Notes: generated by a model not told the origin, from the letters alone. 63,742 nt of DNA, filler included, from Octopus bimaculoides (GCF_001194135.2; 4 parts of 4 records of this genome joined end to end with filler, not necessarily neighbours in it); one strand, 5' to 3'; shown: positions 12,590-24,968, counted from the whole stretch's first letter. Numbers and translations are program-made.

Positions 12590-14765
12590 GTTTCGTTTTG
12601 GTTCTACTTGTAAAAGTTCTGTTTGCTTTCTTTTCCTAGTCGCTGTACTCGTTGGTTCGATTATTCTTTGAGGTATCCGCACGTCAAAAATATCAGGAAG
12701 AAATTCCATGTCTTATTCTTTCTTCTGTAAATCTTTTTTTCAGCTGGTTTATGTGTCTCTTGTGTTCCCACGTATGACCTTTTACCATGTACATTATTTT
12801 TCCTAAACGTTTACTTATTGTAACTTCTCAACTTTCCTTTCCGTTTCTGTATACATTTAAAAACAAAAAACAAGGTTTTTTTAAGTGTTTCACCTTATTT
12901 TGTATTTCATCCAACTTTGAAGTATTTCGTTTTATTTTCGGTGTTTCTCTCCATTTTTTTCTTTTCTTCCCGGTAGTAATTTGTCAAATAATGACCTGAC
13001 TTTCCTGGCGAACATTAGTTCAGCCGGCGACATACCTGATGGGGTGTGGGGGTTAGGTGATATTCGGTAGACACTTAAGAATTGCGTCAATGCAGTATCA
13101 GCTAGTAGTTCACTCCTAGATTTTTTCAGCGCCCCCTTAAACGTGTCTACGAAACGTTCCATTAGTCCATTCAATCTCGGATGGTATGGCGGAATAGTAA
13201 TATGCTCTATTGCATGCATTTTGCGAAAGTTGTTTACATTCCTTTGATGTAAACTGTGTTCTGTTATCAGACACTATGGTGTCTGGGACGCCATATCACG
13301 CAAAATGTTCGTCCAGGAATTCCATCGTTAATTTGGAGGTCGGCTTCCTGCATTTACATATTTTCGGCCATTTCATGTAACTATCCACGACTATTAGATA
13401 ATACCCTCCATTTAATGGTCCTGTGANNNNNNNNNNNNNNNNNNNNNNNNNNNNNNNNNNNNNNNNNNNNNNNNNNNNNNNNNNNNNNNNNNNNNNNNNN
13501 NNNNNNNNNNNNNNNNNNNNNNNNNNNNNNNNNNNNNNNNNNNNNNNNNNNNNNNNNNNNNNNNNNNNNNNNNNNNNNNNNNNNNNNNNNNNNNNNNNNN
13601 NNNNNNNNNNNNNNNNNNNNNNNNNNNNNNNNNNNNNNNNNNNNNNNNNNNNNNNNNNNNNNNNNNNNNNNNNNNNNNNNNNNNNNNNNNNNNNNNNNNN
13701 NNNNNNNNNNNGTAGTTCGCGTACTACGTTGCAGAGTATATTTTTTATTTCGATTTCGGCTTTTATTGCCGCTATTATCGTGTCCTCTAACGGTTCATTG
13801 TATTTAGGAATCAATCTTGATAGCTTATCCGCGTGTCCTAATTTTTTCGATGGTAGAAATTCCATCTTAAAATCACAATTTAGCAGGATCGTCCTCCAGC
13901 ACTGCAATCAGTTGGCTGTATGTGTGGGAATACCCTTTTTCGATCCGTAAATTGTTGACAATGGGTGATGATCTGTTTTCAGACTGAATTTTCTTCCATA
14001 CAAAAATTTTTCACCGCAAAAATGATGGCTAGTGCCTCCTTCTCAAATTGGCTGTACTTCTTTTCAGCCGCCAACAATGAACGTGAAGCATAAGCGATGG
14101 ATTTTTTCGCTACCATTTTGACACTTGTGTAAAATTACTGCTCCTATACTACTTTCGCTAGCATCTGATGCTACTACTATTTTAAAATTAGGATCAAAAT
14201 GTGATAATGAGTTCCGATGTTAAAACTTCTTTAATTTCTTCGACCACTTTTTGGCACCCGTCCGACCAATACCATTTTACACTTTTTTTTCAATAGGTCG
14301 TTTAGGGTTGCTCTTAGTTCATGCATATTTGTTATATATATTTGATAATAGTTCGCGAGCCCTAAGAATGCTTGTATCGTTGTAATATTTTTCGGGGTAG
14401 GTATATATTTTATTGCCGTCGATCTTGAAGAATCTAGCTTGCGACCATTTTTATCGATAACTTGCCCAAGGTACTTTATTTTTGGCATGAAATTCACATT
14501 TTTCCTCTCTAAGTTTAAATCCATACTGCTTTATCAAAAACCATTTTAACATATTCCTCATACTGTCCCCGAGACTCACTTTTTATGAGTATGTCATCCA
14601 AATATACTATAGCGAAATCTGTATCAGCAAGCATCGTGTCCATCACCTGTTGGAAAATACTAGGTGCCACCTTTATCCCGAAAGGAAGTCGATTGAATTT
14701 ATATAAGCCTTTATGGGTGTTTATCGTTAATAATTTCGAACATTCCTCCTCGACTTGTAATTGAG
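12590..14765 (-). mobile_element. Ty3/gypsy LTR retrotransposon pol fragment (RT-RNase H-integrase)
   Basis: NRLPFGIKVAP..YLDD (14593-14604); IKYLGQVID; DASE..EKEA..FYGRKFSLKTDHHP; YYLIVVDSYMKW; VSDN; PYHPRLNGLMERFVDTFK; integrase after RT/RH is the gypsy order. Confidence 0.95.
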
Positions 14766-14789
14766 TTTCGCAAAAATTTTCTCTGGGAT

Positions 14790-15651
14790 TTTGTCGATGT
14801 CAGCTAGTGTGGCTTGAAATGTTGCTCACATGTTTTCTCCACACCAGTTCTGAACACTTCTCTCTTCTAGTTCCATTACTGTCACCTCTTCTATATTTGC
14901 AAAAGCGGCTGCTAAGAGCCATGTTAATTCTATTTCCCGTGGGAACCCTTCTATTGTTATTTTAGAAGTTCTGCCGAGATATGTTGGCAGAAGAACCAGC
15001 TCTTTCGTTTGCAGGGTGACCACCGAGTCGACCCTAGCATCGCTCTTGGCAATAAATATTGCCTCGACTGAACCAAACTTACTTCCTCTTCTTACATATT
15101 TCAGTTTATACATAATGGGCTGCAACGCCCTTTCAATTTCTTCAATGGACGCTATCTCTATCTTTTGGGGCTTCAGAGATAGCGTCCTGTATATTACTGT
15201 TTTTCTCTTCCTTGCTTCTGTTACTTGCTTGGGGGAGTCAACCACACGTTGACACCCTCCCCTTTCACCATAGTTTGGAAATATTTCACAGAGTCTGGCT
15301 TGATTTTGTATCTTTTCGAAAGCTTGTCCACCGCCGCCGCATAATCTTCGGAACTTCTTGCTGAATCACTCTCGTATTCTCGTAGTCACAGCGACTCGTT
15401 TATCATTACAACCTCCCTTTTGTGTAGGTACACCCTACACGAAATGTAATCAATACGCCCCAAACGGGGCAAACTAGTCAGCAAAGGTTAACAAAGTGTC
15501 GTAAGACACTATCAGTTCACAACAATTTTTAATCAGAGGTTAATCCAAATGGGAAAATCAGTAACAAAATCAATAATAATTTAACAACACATCAACAAAA
15601 AAATACAGCATTAAATACAACTAAACTTAACGAGGGCGAACACCATATAGT
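14790..15651 (-). mobile_element. Tx1-type ORF1 element, copy C (3' truncated at gypsy RT)
   Basis: EDYAAAVD..KTVIYRTL..RRGSKFGSVEAIF..LLPTYLGR..NWCGEN. Confidence 0.8.
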
Positions 15652-16679
15652 ATTTCTTTATTTGGCCACACAGGGCCTAACATAGAGGGGACAAACAAGG
15701 ACAAAGAAAACGAATGAAAAGGTGGAATTAAAAAATGAAATGAACGCCACTCGATCCCACGACCGAGCAGTTTCATTGAATTTTTTTACAACACATTAAA
15801 TTGCTTATTTTCCTTTTTTCCTTCTAAAACATCATCTACACAGTCAAAATACAGTTCTATGTTGGATCCTATTATACGCAATGACATGCTCTTTTTTGTT
15901 TTTTTTTTGTTTTGTTGTACACAATTATAAAACATGACTTATGCTGTTAAAACATTACTGTGATAATCACTGTTCAAACTGAGTCAAAACTTTAATGCTA
16001 CAACCACCTTTCATTCCTATTGTTTCTGGATAAATTTCACTGAATCTTACCTAAGGCTGTAACGAGCTCTCTTCCCGTGTTGTAGACATACATCTTTCCT
16101 GTACTTGTCTTTTAACTTGTGATAATTCTCCTTAAACATGAGAGAACACCTTACATTCGGGTGTAACCCGTCACAATCCTTCGTGTCACCTCTATATCAG
16201 AGTTTACCATCTGAACTTCTTTTTTCACTGAAACCTTTGCTCTCTGGTGTAAAACGATAAGGTACCTTTTCCTGGGTGAGGGATTGGGAATTTGTGGTTC
16301 TTGTGTGTTTGCATTATTTGTGTTCATGTCTGACGGGGTAAGGAGAGGGCTGGTGTCTGCAGGGGGAGGGGGTTTGGGGTGTGGAGCGGGAGAGGAGAGA
16401 CGGGAATGAATTGGGGTTCTTCCTCGCTGGTTTGCTATTTTCTTCTTACCAACCTGTGTCCATTCGTTATTCTTTTATTGTTATTAAAAAATTTTTTTAT
16501 TTGTTTCAGTCACTTGACAGCGGTCATGCTAGAGCACCACCTCTGTACTTATTCTTTGTAAGCCTAGTGCTTATTCAATCGGTTTATTTTGCCGAACTGC
16601 TAAGTTACGGGGACGTAAGCACACCAACATCAGTTGTCAAGCGATGCTGGGGGTACAAACACACACACAAACATACACA

Positions 16680-16725
<46 letters not shown>

Positions 16726-17798
16726 CGGCGGGATTCTTTCAGTTTCCGTCTACCAAATCCACTTACAAGGCTTTGGTATGCTCGAAGCTATAGTAGAAGA
16801 CACTTACCCAAGTTAACACGCAGTGAGATTAAAACCGAAACTATGTGGTTGATAAGGCAGCTACTTAGCACACAGCCATTGATTTTTCTTTTTGTATTCC
16901 TGGTTTTTCGTTTCCGTCCTACTCAGTTCTTGATGTTACGACTGTCGGCGACACAGTCTTCATTGGAGCTACCTTTGGTCCTTCTAAGGGGGAGGGAAAA
17001 GCATTTAGCCCCTATGTGTCCCAACTGTCCACAGTTGTAGTACCTCGGCCTCCACAGTCCTAAGCCTCACCTCGTCTTCCACCGTTATGGTGTTGACCAT
17101 TTCTTCCATATATCCTTGGGCAGCCTGGATTATCATTTCCAGTGTCTTCCCTAGCCAATTTCTTGCTGGTTTCGTTGTCGCATTTAAGATTGTAATCCTT
17201 TCCTCAAAGCCCATTAAAATTGCCGCTATTATCCAGTTTACGTCCACTTCCACCCTTACCCTGGATGCACATCTTTCCTGATAGACAGGTAGAAGGACTA
17301 CCTCGTCTGTCTTCATGGAGGTCGCGGAATGTTACTTGGCTATCTTGTGTTGTCGCTGGCGAGGTGACACCTTCACCTCGTGTCCTTCTCTCTTCGACCT
17401 TTCTTTATATTTTTGCATTTCCTTTTTTTATACAGATTTCTTCCTTCTTATCACCAGCTGCAGCTGCAAAGTTCATTTTCTTCCTTTCTTCCATTACTTT
17501 GTCAATCCTCTTCAGACTTTTTAGTACCTCCTCAGACGAGGTCACAGGGGACGATCTAAGACTCTCATTGTCCATCTCGGCATTCACAGCGCTTTTCCCT
17601 TCAACCAAGGGAAAACGCTAGCAGTACCGCCGCAAGGCAGCAAAGACAGATTGTAGAAAATCACAAAACAACAGAATAACGTTACAATTACATGAAACAA
17701 GAGGGTGACTTACGCGAACTCGGAACCCTGGTAAAACGGCGTTCACGACGTTAACAGAGTAAAAACATATGACACTGTTATAGCGCACAGCACACTGT
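15652..17798 (-). mobile_element. ORF1-only Tx1-related element, copy E (internal ORF1 deletion, SINE insertion)
   Basis: MNFAAAAG..EGHEVKVSP/MKTDEVVLLPVY..SRVRV..NWLGKTLE; knuckle YNCGQLGHIGAKC near 16995-17040; C-terminal part and 3' UTR (15652-16460) collinear with copy D; ends GGCCAAATAAAGAAAT. Confidence 0.8.
16470..16879 (-). mobile_element. SINE family B inserted into copy E
   Basis: Near full-length copy; its flanks rejoin to match the uninterrupted sequence of copy D near 18650-18680. Confidence 0.9.
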
Positions 17799-19169
17799 GT
17801 TTCTTAATTTGGCTACACAAGGCCTAACATAGACAGACATATGTCTGTCCATATGTCCCTAACATATGGACAAAGTGGGGAAAAAAAGAAAATGAATGAA
17901 AAAGATGAAATTGAAAAATTATAAATGAAATGAACGCCACTCGAGCAGTTTCATTGGATTTTTTTTTACAACACATTAAATTGCTTTTTTCCCATTGTCT
18001 TTCCTTTTAAAACATCATCTACGATAACGATTATATTTCTATGTTGGATCCTATTGTACTCAATTACGTGCTCTTCCCCCCCCCTTTTCTGTACACAATT
18101 AGAAAACATCACTTATGCCGATAAAACATTACTGTGATAATCACTGTTCAAAATTGAGTCAAAACTTTAAGGTTACAACCACCTTTCGTTCCTATTGTCC
18201 CTGGGTAAATTTCACTGAATCTTACCTAAGGCTGTAACGAGTTCAGGTCGACGTCTCTTCCCGTGTAGTAGACATCTCTCCTTTACTTGTCTTTCAACTT
18301 GTGATAACCCTCTCTCAACATGAGGGGACACTTTACACTCGGGTGTAACTCTTATAATCGTTCATATCCATCTCTATATCAGAGTTCACAACCTCAACTT
18401 CTTTTCTCATTGAAACCTTTTCACTGTTGTATAAAACGATAAGGTACCTTTCCCTGGGTGGGGGATTGGGAATTTGTGGTTCTTGTGTGTTTGCATTATT
18501 TGTATTCATGGTGAGATAAGGAGAGGGCTGGTGTCTGCAGGGGTGAGGGAGTTTGGTGTGTGAGCCGGGAGGGGTGGGACAGAAATGAGTTGTGGTTCTT
18601 CCTCGCTGGTTTGCTGTTTGCTTCTTTTCCTCTTCCTCTTGCCCACCTCTGTACATTCTGTTGATTTTCCCCCCTATACTCCTGGATTTTCGTTCCCATC
18701 CTTCTCAGTTCTTGATGTTACGACTCTCGGAGACGCAGTCTCCACTGAAACTTCCTTTGGTTCTTCTACAGGGACGAAAGCCCTTGGCCCTTATGTGTCC
18801 CATCTGTTCACAGTTGTAGCACCTAGGTCTCCTACCTTCCGCCACAACCCCAAGCCTCACCCCCCNNNNNNNNNNNNNNNNNNNNNNNNNNNNNNNNNNN
18901 NNNNNNNNNNNNNNNNNNNNNNNNNNNNNNNNNNNNNNNNNNNNNNNNNNNNNNNNNNNNNNNNNNNNNNNNNNNNNNNNNNNNNNNNNNNNNNNNNNNN
19001 NNNNNNNNNNNNNNNNNNNNNNNNNNNNNNNNNNNNNNNNNNNNNNNNNNNNNNNNNNNNNNNNNNNNNNNNNNNNNNNNNNNNNNNNNNNNNNNNNNNN
19101 NTGCGCCTTTATATGGTTTAGGACAGTTGACTTGCTATCCCACAGGGGTGTCAGGATTTCACCACAACA
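17799..19169 (-). mobile_element. ORF1-only Tx1-related element, copy D (gap 18866-19101)
   Basis: GVRLGVVAEGRRPRCYNCEQMGHIRAK knuckle remnant; 3' part closely similar to E; ends GCCAAATTAAGAAAC; conserved 5' motif at 19115-19169. Confidence 0.75.
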
Positions 19170-19644
19170 GAAGGGGTGTCTTTTGTATAAAAGAAATCTT
19201 CGTGTGTTCCTATCCAGGGAGTGGCTAAAAAGCATTTATTGAATGGTTTTTATGTCTACCTGTATGTGAGTGCGCGTGCGCGTGCGCTCGCACTCGTGTG
19301 TGTGTGCATGCGTGTGTGCGCTCACGTTGTGTTGACTGTCCTTTCAATATGTTTGGAAAGTGACCAGCTGTGAGTTGATGGGTGTGTAGGTTTGGAGAAA
19401 GAAGTATTTTTCTTTGGGTTAGATGTATTCTTTTGAGTGTCTCCACCTGTGTATAAATGGGTAGTCATCAGCTGTGTGTATGTGTGTGTATTCGTGTGTG
19501 TGTGTGTGCGCGTGTGAGTGTATGTGTGGGTGTGTTTGTACGTGTGTGTGAGTGTGTTTGTACGTGTGTGTGAGTGTGTTTTTTGCGATGTTTTCTTTAG
19601 TGTGTATGTGTGTACGTATATGTTTGATTATTTGTATGTGTGTC

Positions 19645-22600
19645 TGTAGAAGGAAAAATGTCTTACCACTCGTGTCAACCTTCACTCCCAGGCACACCGA
19701 AATATTTGATCACATCCGCAAAAACCTCCCCATCTTATTTGCAGATAAAGAAATGAGAAAATCTGCCGCAACTTCCAACCACTGCATTGCCTGTCTGGCA
19801 GAAGGCTTTGAGCATTTGCCGACACTCCAGGTGTCAAGCGCCATGTTTTGGTCTACGCTTGACCCAGGACTGGGTCAATGAGACGATCTACGGAAAGACC
19901 CGTTTGACGAAAGGTGACCACACCTGCTCACTGTTAAGGAAACGCTGGAGATGTCGCAGCCTCAGCGCATGTCTGCGCATCATTAGCCATGGCATGCCCA
20001 GTTCTCCACTCAGCGGCTGTTGACAGCAGATGGCTCGTCTGACGAGCGGGACACGTCCCTTCCACAGAAAGTGGAAGAGCAAGCGCTCCGACTTTATCAG
20101 GCATGAAGTGAGGCAAGGGACGTCGNNNNNNNNNNNNNNNNNNNNNNNNNNNNNNNNNNNNNNNNNNNNNNNNNNNNNNNNNNNNNNNNNNNNNNNNNNN
20201 NNNNNNNNNNNNNNNNNNNNNNNNNNNNNNNNNNNNNNNNNNNNNNNNNNNNNNNNNNNNNNNNNNNNNNNNNNNNNNNNNNNNNNNNNNNNNNNNNNNN
20301 NNNNNNNNNNNNNNNNNNNNNNNNNNNNNNNNNNNNNNNNNNNNNNNNNNNNNNNNNNNNNNNNNNNNNNNNNNNNNNNNNNNNNNNNNNNNNNNNNNNN
20401 NNNNNNNNNNNNNNNNNNNNNNNNNNNNNNNNNNNNNNNNNNNNNNNNNNNNNNNNNNNNNNNNNNNNNNNNNNNNNNNNNNNNNNNNNNNNNNNNNNNN
20501 NNNNNNNNNNNNNNNNNNNNNNNNNNNNNNNNNNNCCTATATTCCGAAATGTCCGACACTATTACGGTGACGTCGTCCGTGTAAGCAGACACGAACCTTC
20601 CGCATCCTATATCACGCGAGATGCCCCTCGAAACATCCAGCTTCCGTAGCAGTGGCTCGAGAGGCAGTACGTACAGAAGAGGTGAGAGGGGGCATCCTTG
20701 TCGGACTGAACGAACGATGCAAAACGATTTTGATGAGTGGCCTTTTAGTTTGACCACCGAACAGATGTCGCTGTACATTGCAGCGATCCAGCCTTTGAAA
20801 ACAGGACTGAAATCCACTGCCGTGAGAACAGCCTCCAGGTATTGGTGGTCGAAGCTATCAAACGCTTTCGATTGATCCAAATTGATCAGGGCCAGATTCC
20901 TTACCCACCCTCTTTATGATGTAGCGCGTGAGGCGGAAGTTGTCGTGAATAGTTCTGTTTGGGATAACGCATATCTGCGCGTCACCAACTAACTTATCGA
21001 CAACAAGTGCTCGAACGCCAGACCATCCCGTTCCGGAGACTTCTCTCTTGTGCAGCCCATCATCGCGTCTCGTTATCGGCATTTTCCAGAACTCCGCACC
21101 TGTAGCTGAGAGGCGCGGCATGCCACTGAGATAGGAGGTGAAATCCACCACCGTCCCAGAATCATACAGTTCGGCGAAGTGTCGCTGACATTCCGCACAC
21201 ATCTGCTTGAACTCGGTTATCATGCGACCACCACAACTTTGTTTCCTCGTAGCGCCTCTACCACCCGGGTTCGTCGAACGGCTTTCGTCCCCTTCCGTCT
21301 TAGTGCTTGGCATTGAAGGAATTGATCAAGAGCCAATCTCGCCGCTAGCACGTCGGTCACTATGCCTTTCCGAAGTGCCTCTTCTAGGTTCCCAACTAAG
21401 TTTACTTCTATCCTAGATTCCGCTAACGCTATTTCCTAACTAATAACTCTTTTGAGGGCTATCCGCCATCCATTGTTAACGATTGTGCCCGCTAACTCTC
21501 GATGGACTAACTTGCTAACCCGGTCACTGAAAGCTTGGTGCGCCGGGAAGGATGCTTCCAGTATCCGGGTTCCTGTTTATGGATCCTATCTATATCAACC
21601 GTACAGATCACAAATTTATGGTCCGTGTACTTTGAAACGTGGGCAACTTATACTACTTCTATCCACAGACCTACAAAATACTCTATCTAGATACAATCTA
21701 GAATACCCGATCGTCCTTTTTCACATTGGCGCATTCGGGAAATCCAGTCGGTACCTGTCAGCCGACTGGACAGGTTTTTGAGGCTTTTACTCCCCCTCTC
21801 CTACAACTTAGCTCCATTCTATCCAGGCGTGCGTCCAAGACGGCTTTCCTGTCACCCACTAACATTAAAGAGTGTGACGTTCTAAGGAACCTCCAAACGT
21901 CTGAAGAAATCTGGCTGCTCTTCCCCCGTGGGGGCGTAAACAACAACTAGTCTAAAGGCACTACCTTCACTGTTGCTCATGTCCAGGACCACCATCTTAC
22001 CCTTCAAATCCAGGAACAGAGCGGTGTTACTCGCCTGGAGCTGTTGGCAGCCCGGTGAACCGGGCTCCGGATCTGGTTCCTCTGGGAAACTGGTTAAAAA
22101 GCTTCTTCGTAGCGCGGATGTTTGGCCTTCCCATGTCATGCGGGAAATCCCTTTGAATTTCTTTGTCTGCTTTGAGAGGTAGCCAAATTAGCATTAAGTG
22201 ATCCGCAACCCGAAGGGTGCTGGTGTCGTAAATTACACCCTCTCTCTCAATCTCCTTGTTTCTGGCTATGAGAGCTACCATATTTTTGTTGGCTCTATTC
22301 ACGACACGTAATTCGTTGTTTCCGTATTGGTGACTGTGAGCTTTCTTTTGGGGGCTACGTATGGATGAGTGCATTGATGGATTTGGTTGGGGTAATGGTG
22401 GTTGTAGGATGGTGATACTGATGTTGTTTTTGCTGTGGCTATGTCCGATGCGCTGGAGGGCTCTGTGTTTTCAGGTGTTGGTGTAGGTTCATCTGTTTTC
22501 TTTTCCCCTTGTATTCTATGTTTTTTTGCTTTGTAAGGTTCTTCTTCGTCTTCACTACGGGATGGGGAGAGACTATTTTTTTAGGATCTGTCTCAGGGTG

Positions 22601-23706
22601 TGTGAGTGTCTGTGATAGTGTGAGTGTGTTTGTGATAGTCTGAGTGTGTTTATGTGAATGTATGCTTGAGAGAAGGTAGTTTGACAGATACCCCGGGTGA
22701 TTTCTCCATTGCATGGAGTTCACGTGCCTCTGTTGTTGGAGATGAGGTTACTATTTTATTAAAAGGTCCCTGTTCTTGCTGTTACCGTGGTTGGGGTGTG
22801 ATGTAGGATGCAGGTGTGGCCGTATACCTCCCAACTATTTTAGGGTAGAAGGCTCTCAGATGTTGCATCTGGGCTTCCTGCCTTCTACGTTGGGCAGCTG
22901 GATCAGGTTCGGGATATCGATATTTTCTGGTTTTACGTGGATTAATATTTCCAAGTTGATCCCGCACCAGTTATCCCTGCTACTCTTTTTTTTTACCTCC
23001 AGGAGTGACTCTGGGTCCTGCACCACACAGGCGACAATCCACCAGACGTTTACGCCCGCTGGAACGTCATTTACTCTAATTCTGATCGTTCTCTTTGAGG
23101 GGTAGGTGGGATACAGGAACCACTCCTCAGTTCAACGGGTTGACACTGCATGTCGTCGCGCGACGTCCTCACTTTTAAAGAGGACCTCAATGCTGGCAAA
23201 CTGCCTCCTTTTCTGTATATGGGCCACATCTATTAAAGTTTCTCTGAGGGCCTTCTCAACGTGACTGGAGACTATTTCAGCTCTGTTACTTTTGCGTGAT
23301 ACGCATCTAAAATAGACTGTCTTCTCTTTTGCTTCTATTATATCGGGAGGTACGAGCACTGCTGCCTTACCCCACCCGAATTTAATGATATCTTTCGCTT
23401 TTGAGAGTTCACGTGTTTTGTCATCGAATGCGATGACAAGCATTTCTCTCTTTGTGTTCACTACTTCAGCAAACCTTTTATTTTTGCTATTGCTGTTGTT
23501 GTCGTCGTCGTTGCCGTTGTTATTGTTGTTGTTATTGCTGCTGCTGCTATTCCTGTTAGTGGTGGCGGAGTTGCGGCTACTTCCACCGTTGGCACTCTCA
23601 CCGCTATTTCCCTCCAGTCCGCCTTCAATTGTAGCACTATTCTTTCCGCTAAAATCCGTAGCATTGTTAACGAAAACGCTATCTCTGCTACTACTGTCAC
23701 TGCCAC

Positions 23707-23755
<49 letters not shown>

Positions 23756-23808
23756 ATATCACTGCTGTAGCTGCTGCTGTCACTGCTACTGCTGCTGTTG
23801 TCGATGTT
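19645..23808 (-). mobile_element. Tx1/L1-clade LINE, decayed, with ORF1 and ORF2
   Basis: ORF1 ~23755-22200 (KRFAEVV..LVPPD..RQFASIEVLF..EEWFLYPTY..NWCGINLE..EGRKPRC); APE endonuclease FRLVVVYAP..LVGD; RT DQSKAFD..SVRQGCPLSPLLY..AYTDD (20572-20583); downstream FHFLWKGRVPLVRR. Confidence 0.92.
23707..23755. repeat. (CTG/CAG)n tract in the Tx1 ORF1 5' region
   Basis: Direct reading of the sequence. Confidence 0.95.
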
Positions 23809-23852
23809 NNNNNNNNNNNNNNNNNNNNNNNNNNNNNNNNNNNNNNNNNNNN

Positions 23853-23864
23853 TTAATTAATTAA
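23853..23864. other. Artificial scaffolding spacer TTAATTAATTAA (also 40787-40798 and 62313-62324)
   Basis: Each copy has exactly 44 N on both sides (100 bp total); palindromic, with stop codons in all six frames. Confidence 0.95.
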
Positions 23865-24039
23865 NNNNNNNNNNNNNNNNNNNNNNNNNNNNNNNNNNNN
23901 NNNNNNNNACACTCACACATCTATGCATGTATGTATGTACACATATATATTAACTCATGAGTATATATATGTATCTATGTATTAATTTGTTGTGTATAAA
24001 TCTGTCATTTATCTATATCTCTAACTATCTATCTATCTA

Positions 24040-24070
<31 letters not shown>

Positions 24071-24485
24071 GTCTATCTCTGTGTGCATGTGTATATGCAT
24101 GAGTGCTTGTATCTACATACCAGCTGGCCAATACTTCAAGTAGCTTATAATATTAATAGTATTTAAATGCTTTCTTTGTAGATAGAATACCAGGATAAAG
24201 AGTGTGTGTATCTGGGTGTGTCTGTGTGTGTATGTGTGTAAGGCTCTTTTGCCTGTAAGATAGCCTTAGTCACTGGCTGGCTCCCACTTGAGATTCAGGT
24301 GTTTGCACCAAATAAATATATCTGTATGATGCGTGTAGGGAGTGGGAGACATCGACAGGACAGATTATATACACACACACATATATATATATGTATGCAT
24401 TAAGATCTATATGCATGCATATATATATATATATATATATATACCTATGCACACACACACACATATTTATATATATGTATGTGTG

Positions 24486-24550
<65 letters not shown>

Positions 24551-24587
24551 TATACACATACACACATATATATATATATGTATATAT

Positions 24588-24920
24588 AAGGTGCATGGCT
24601 CAGTGGTTAGAGTGTCGAGCTTATGATCATGAGGTTGTGAGTTCAAGTCCCGGACAGGGCTGCATGTTGTGTTCTTGAGCAAGACACTTAATTCCACATT
24701 GCTCCAGTTCACTCAGCTGTAGAAATGAGTTGCAACGTCACAAGTGCCAAGCTGTATCGGCCCTTGCCTTTCCCTTGGATAACACTGGTGGCGTGGAGAG
24801 GGAATCCGGTATGCATGGGCGACTGCTGGTCTTCCCTAAACAGCCTTGCCTGAACTTGTGCCTGGGAGGGTAACTTTCTAGGTGCAATCCCATGGTCAGT
24901 CATGACTGAAGGGGGTCTCA
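24588..24920 (+). mobile_element. tRNA-derived SINE (family D-like head, different tail)
   Basis: A box TGGCTCAGTGG, B box GTTCAAGTCC, then TTCTTGAGCAAGACACTT. Confidence 0.85.
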
Positions 24921-24968
24921 GATACACACATGTATATATTATATATACATACATACATNNNNNNNNNN

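Noticed and set aside
12482-12709. Separate small ORF MEFLPDIFD...
   Set aside because: It is the frameshifted C-terminal tail of the gypsy integrase running into the flank
11522-15651. Copies B and C as the two LTRs of the gypsy element
   Set aside because: They are too divergent (roughly half of residues differ by eye) to be sister LTRs
23853-23864. TTAATTAATTAA islands inside N runs, three times
   Set aside because: Identical 44N-12-44N layout with all-frame stops: an assembly spacer, not biology
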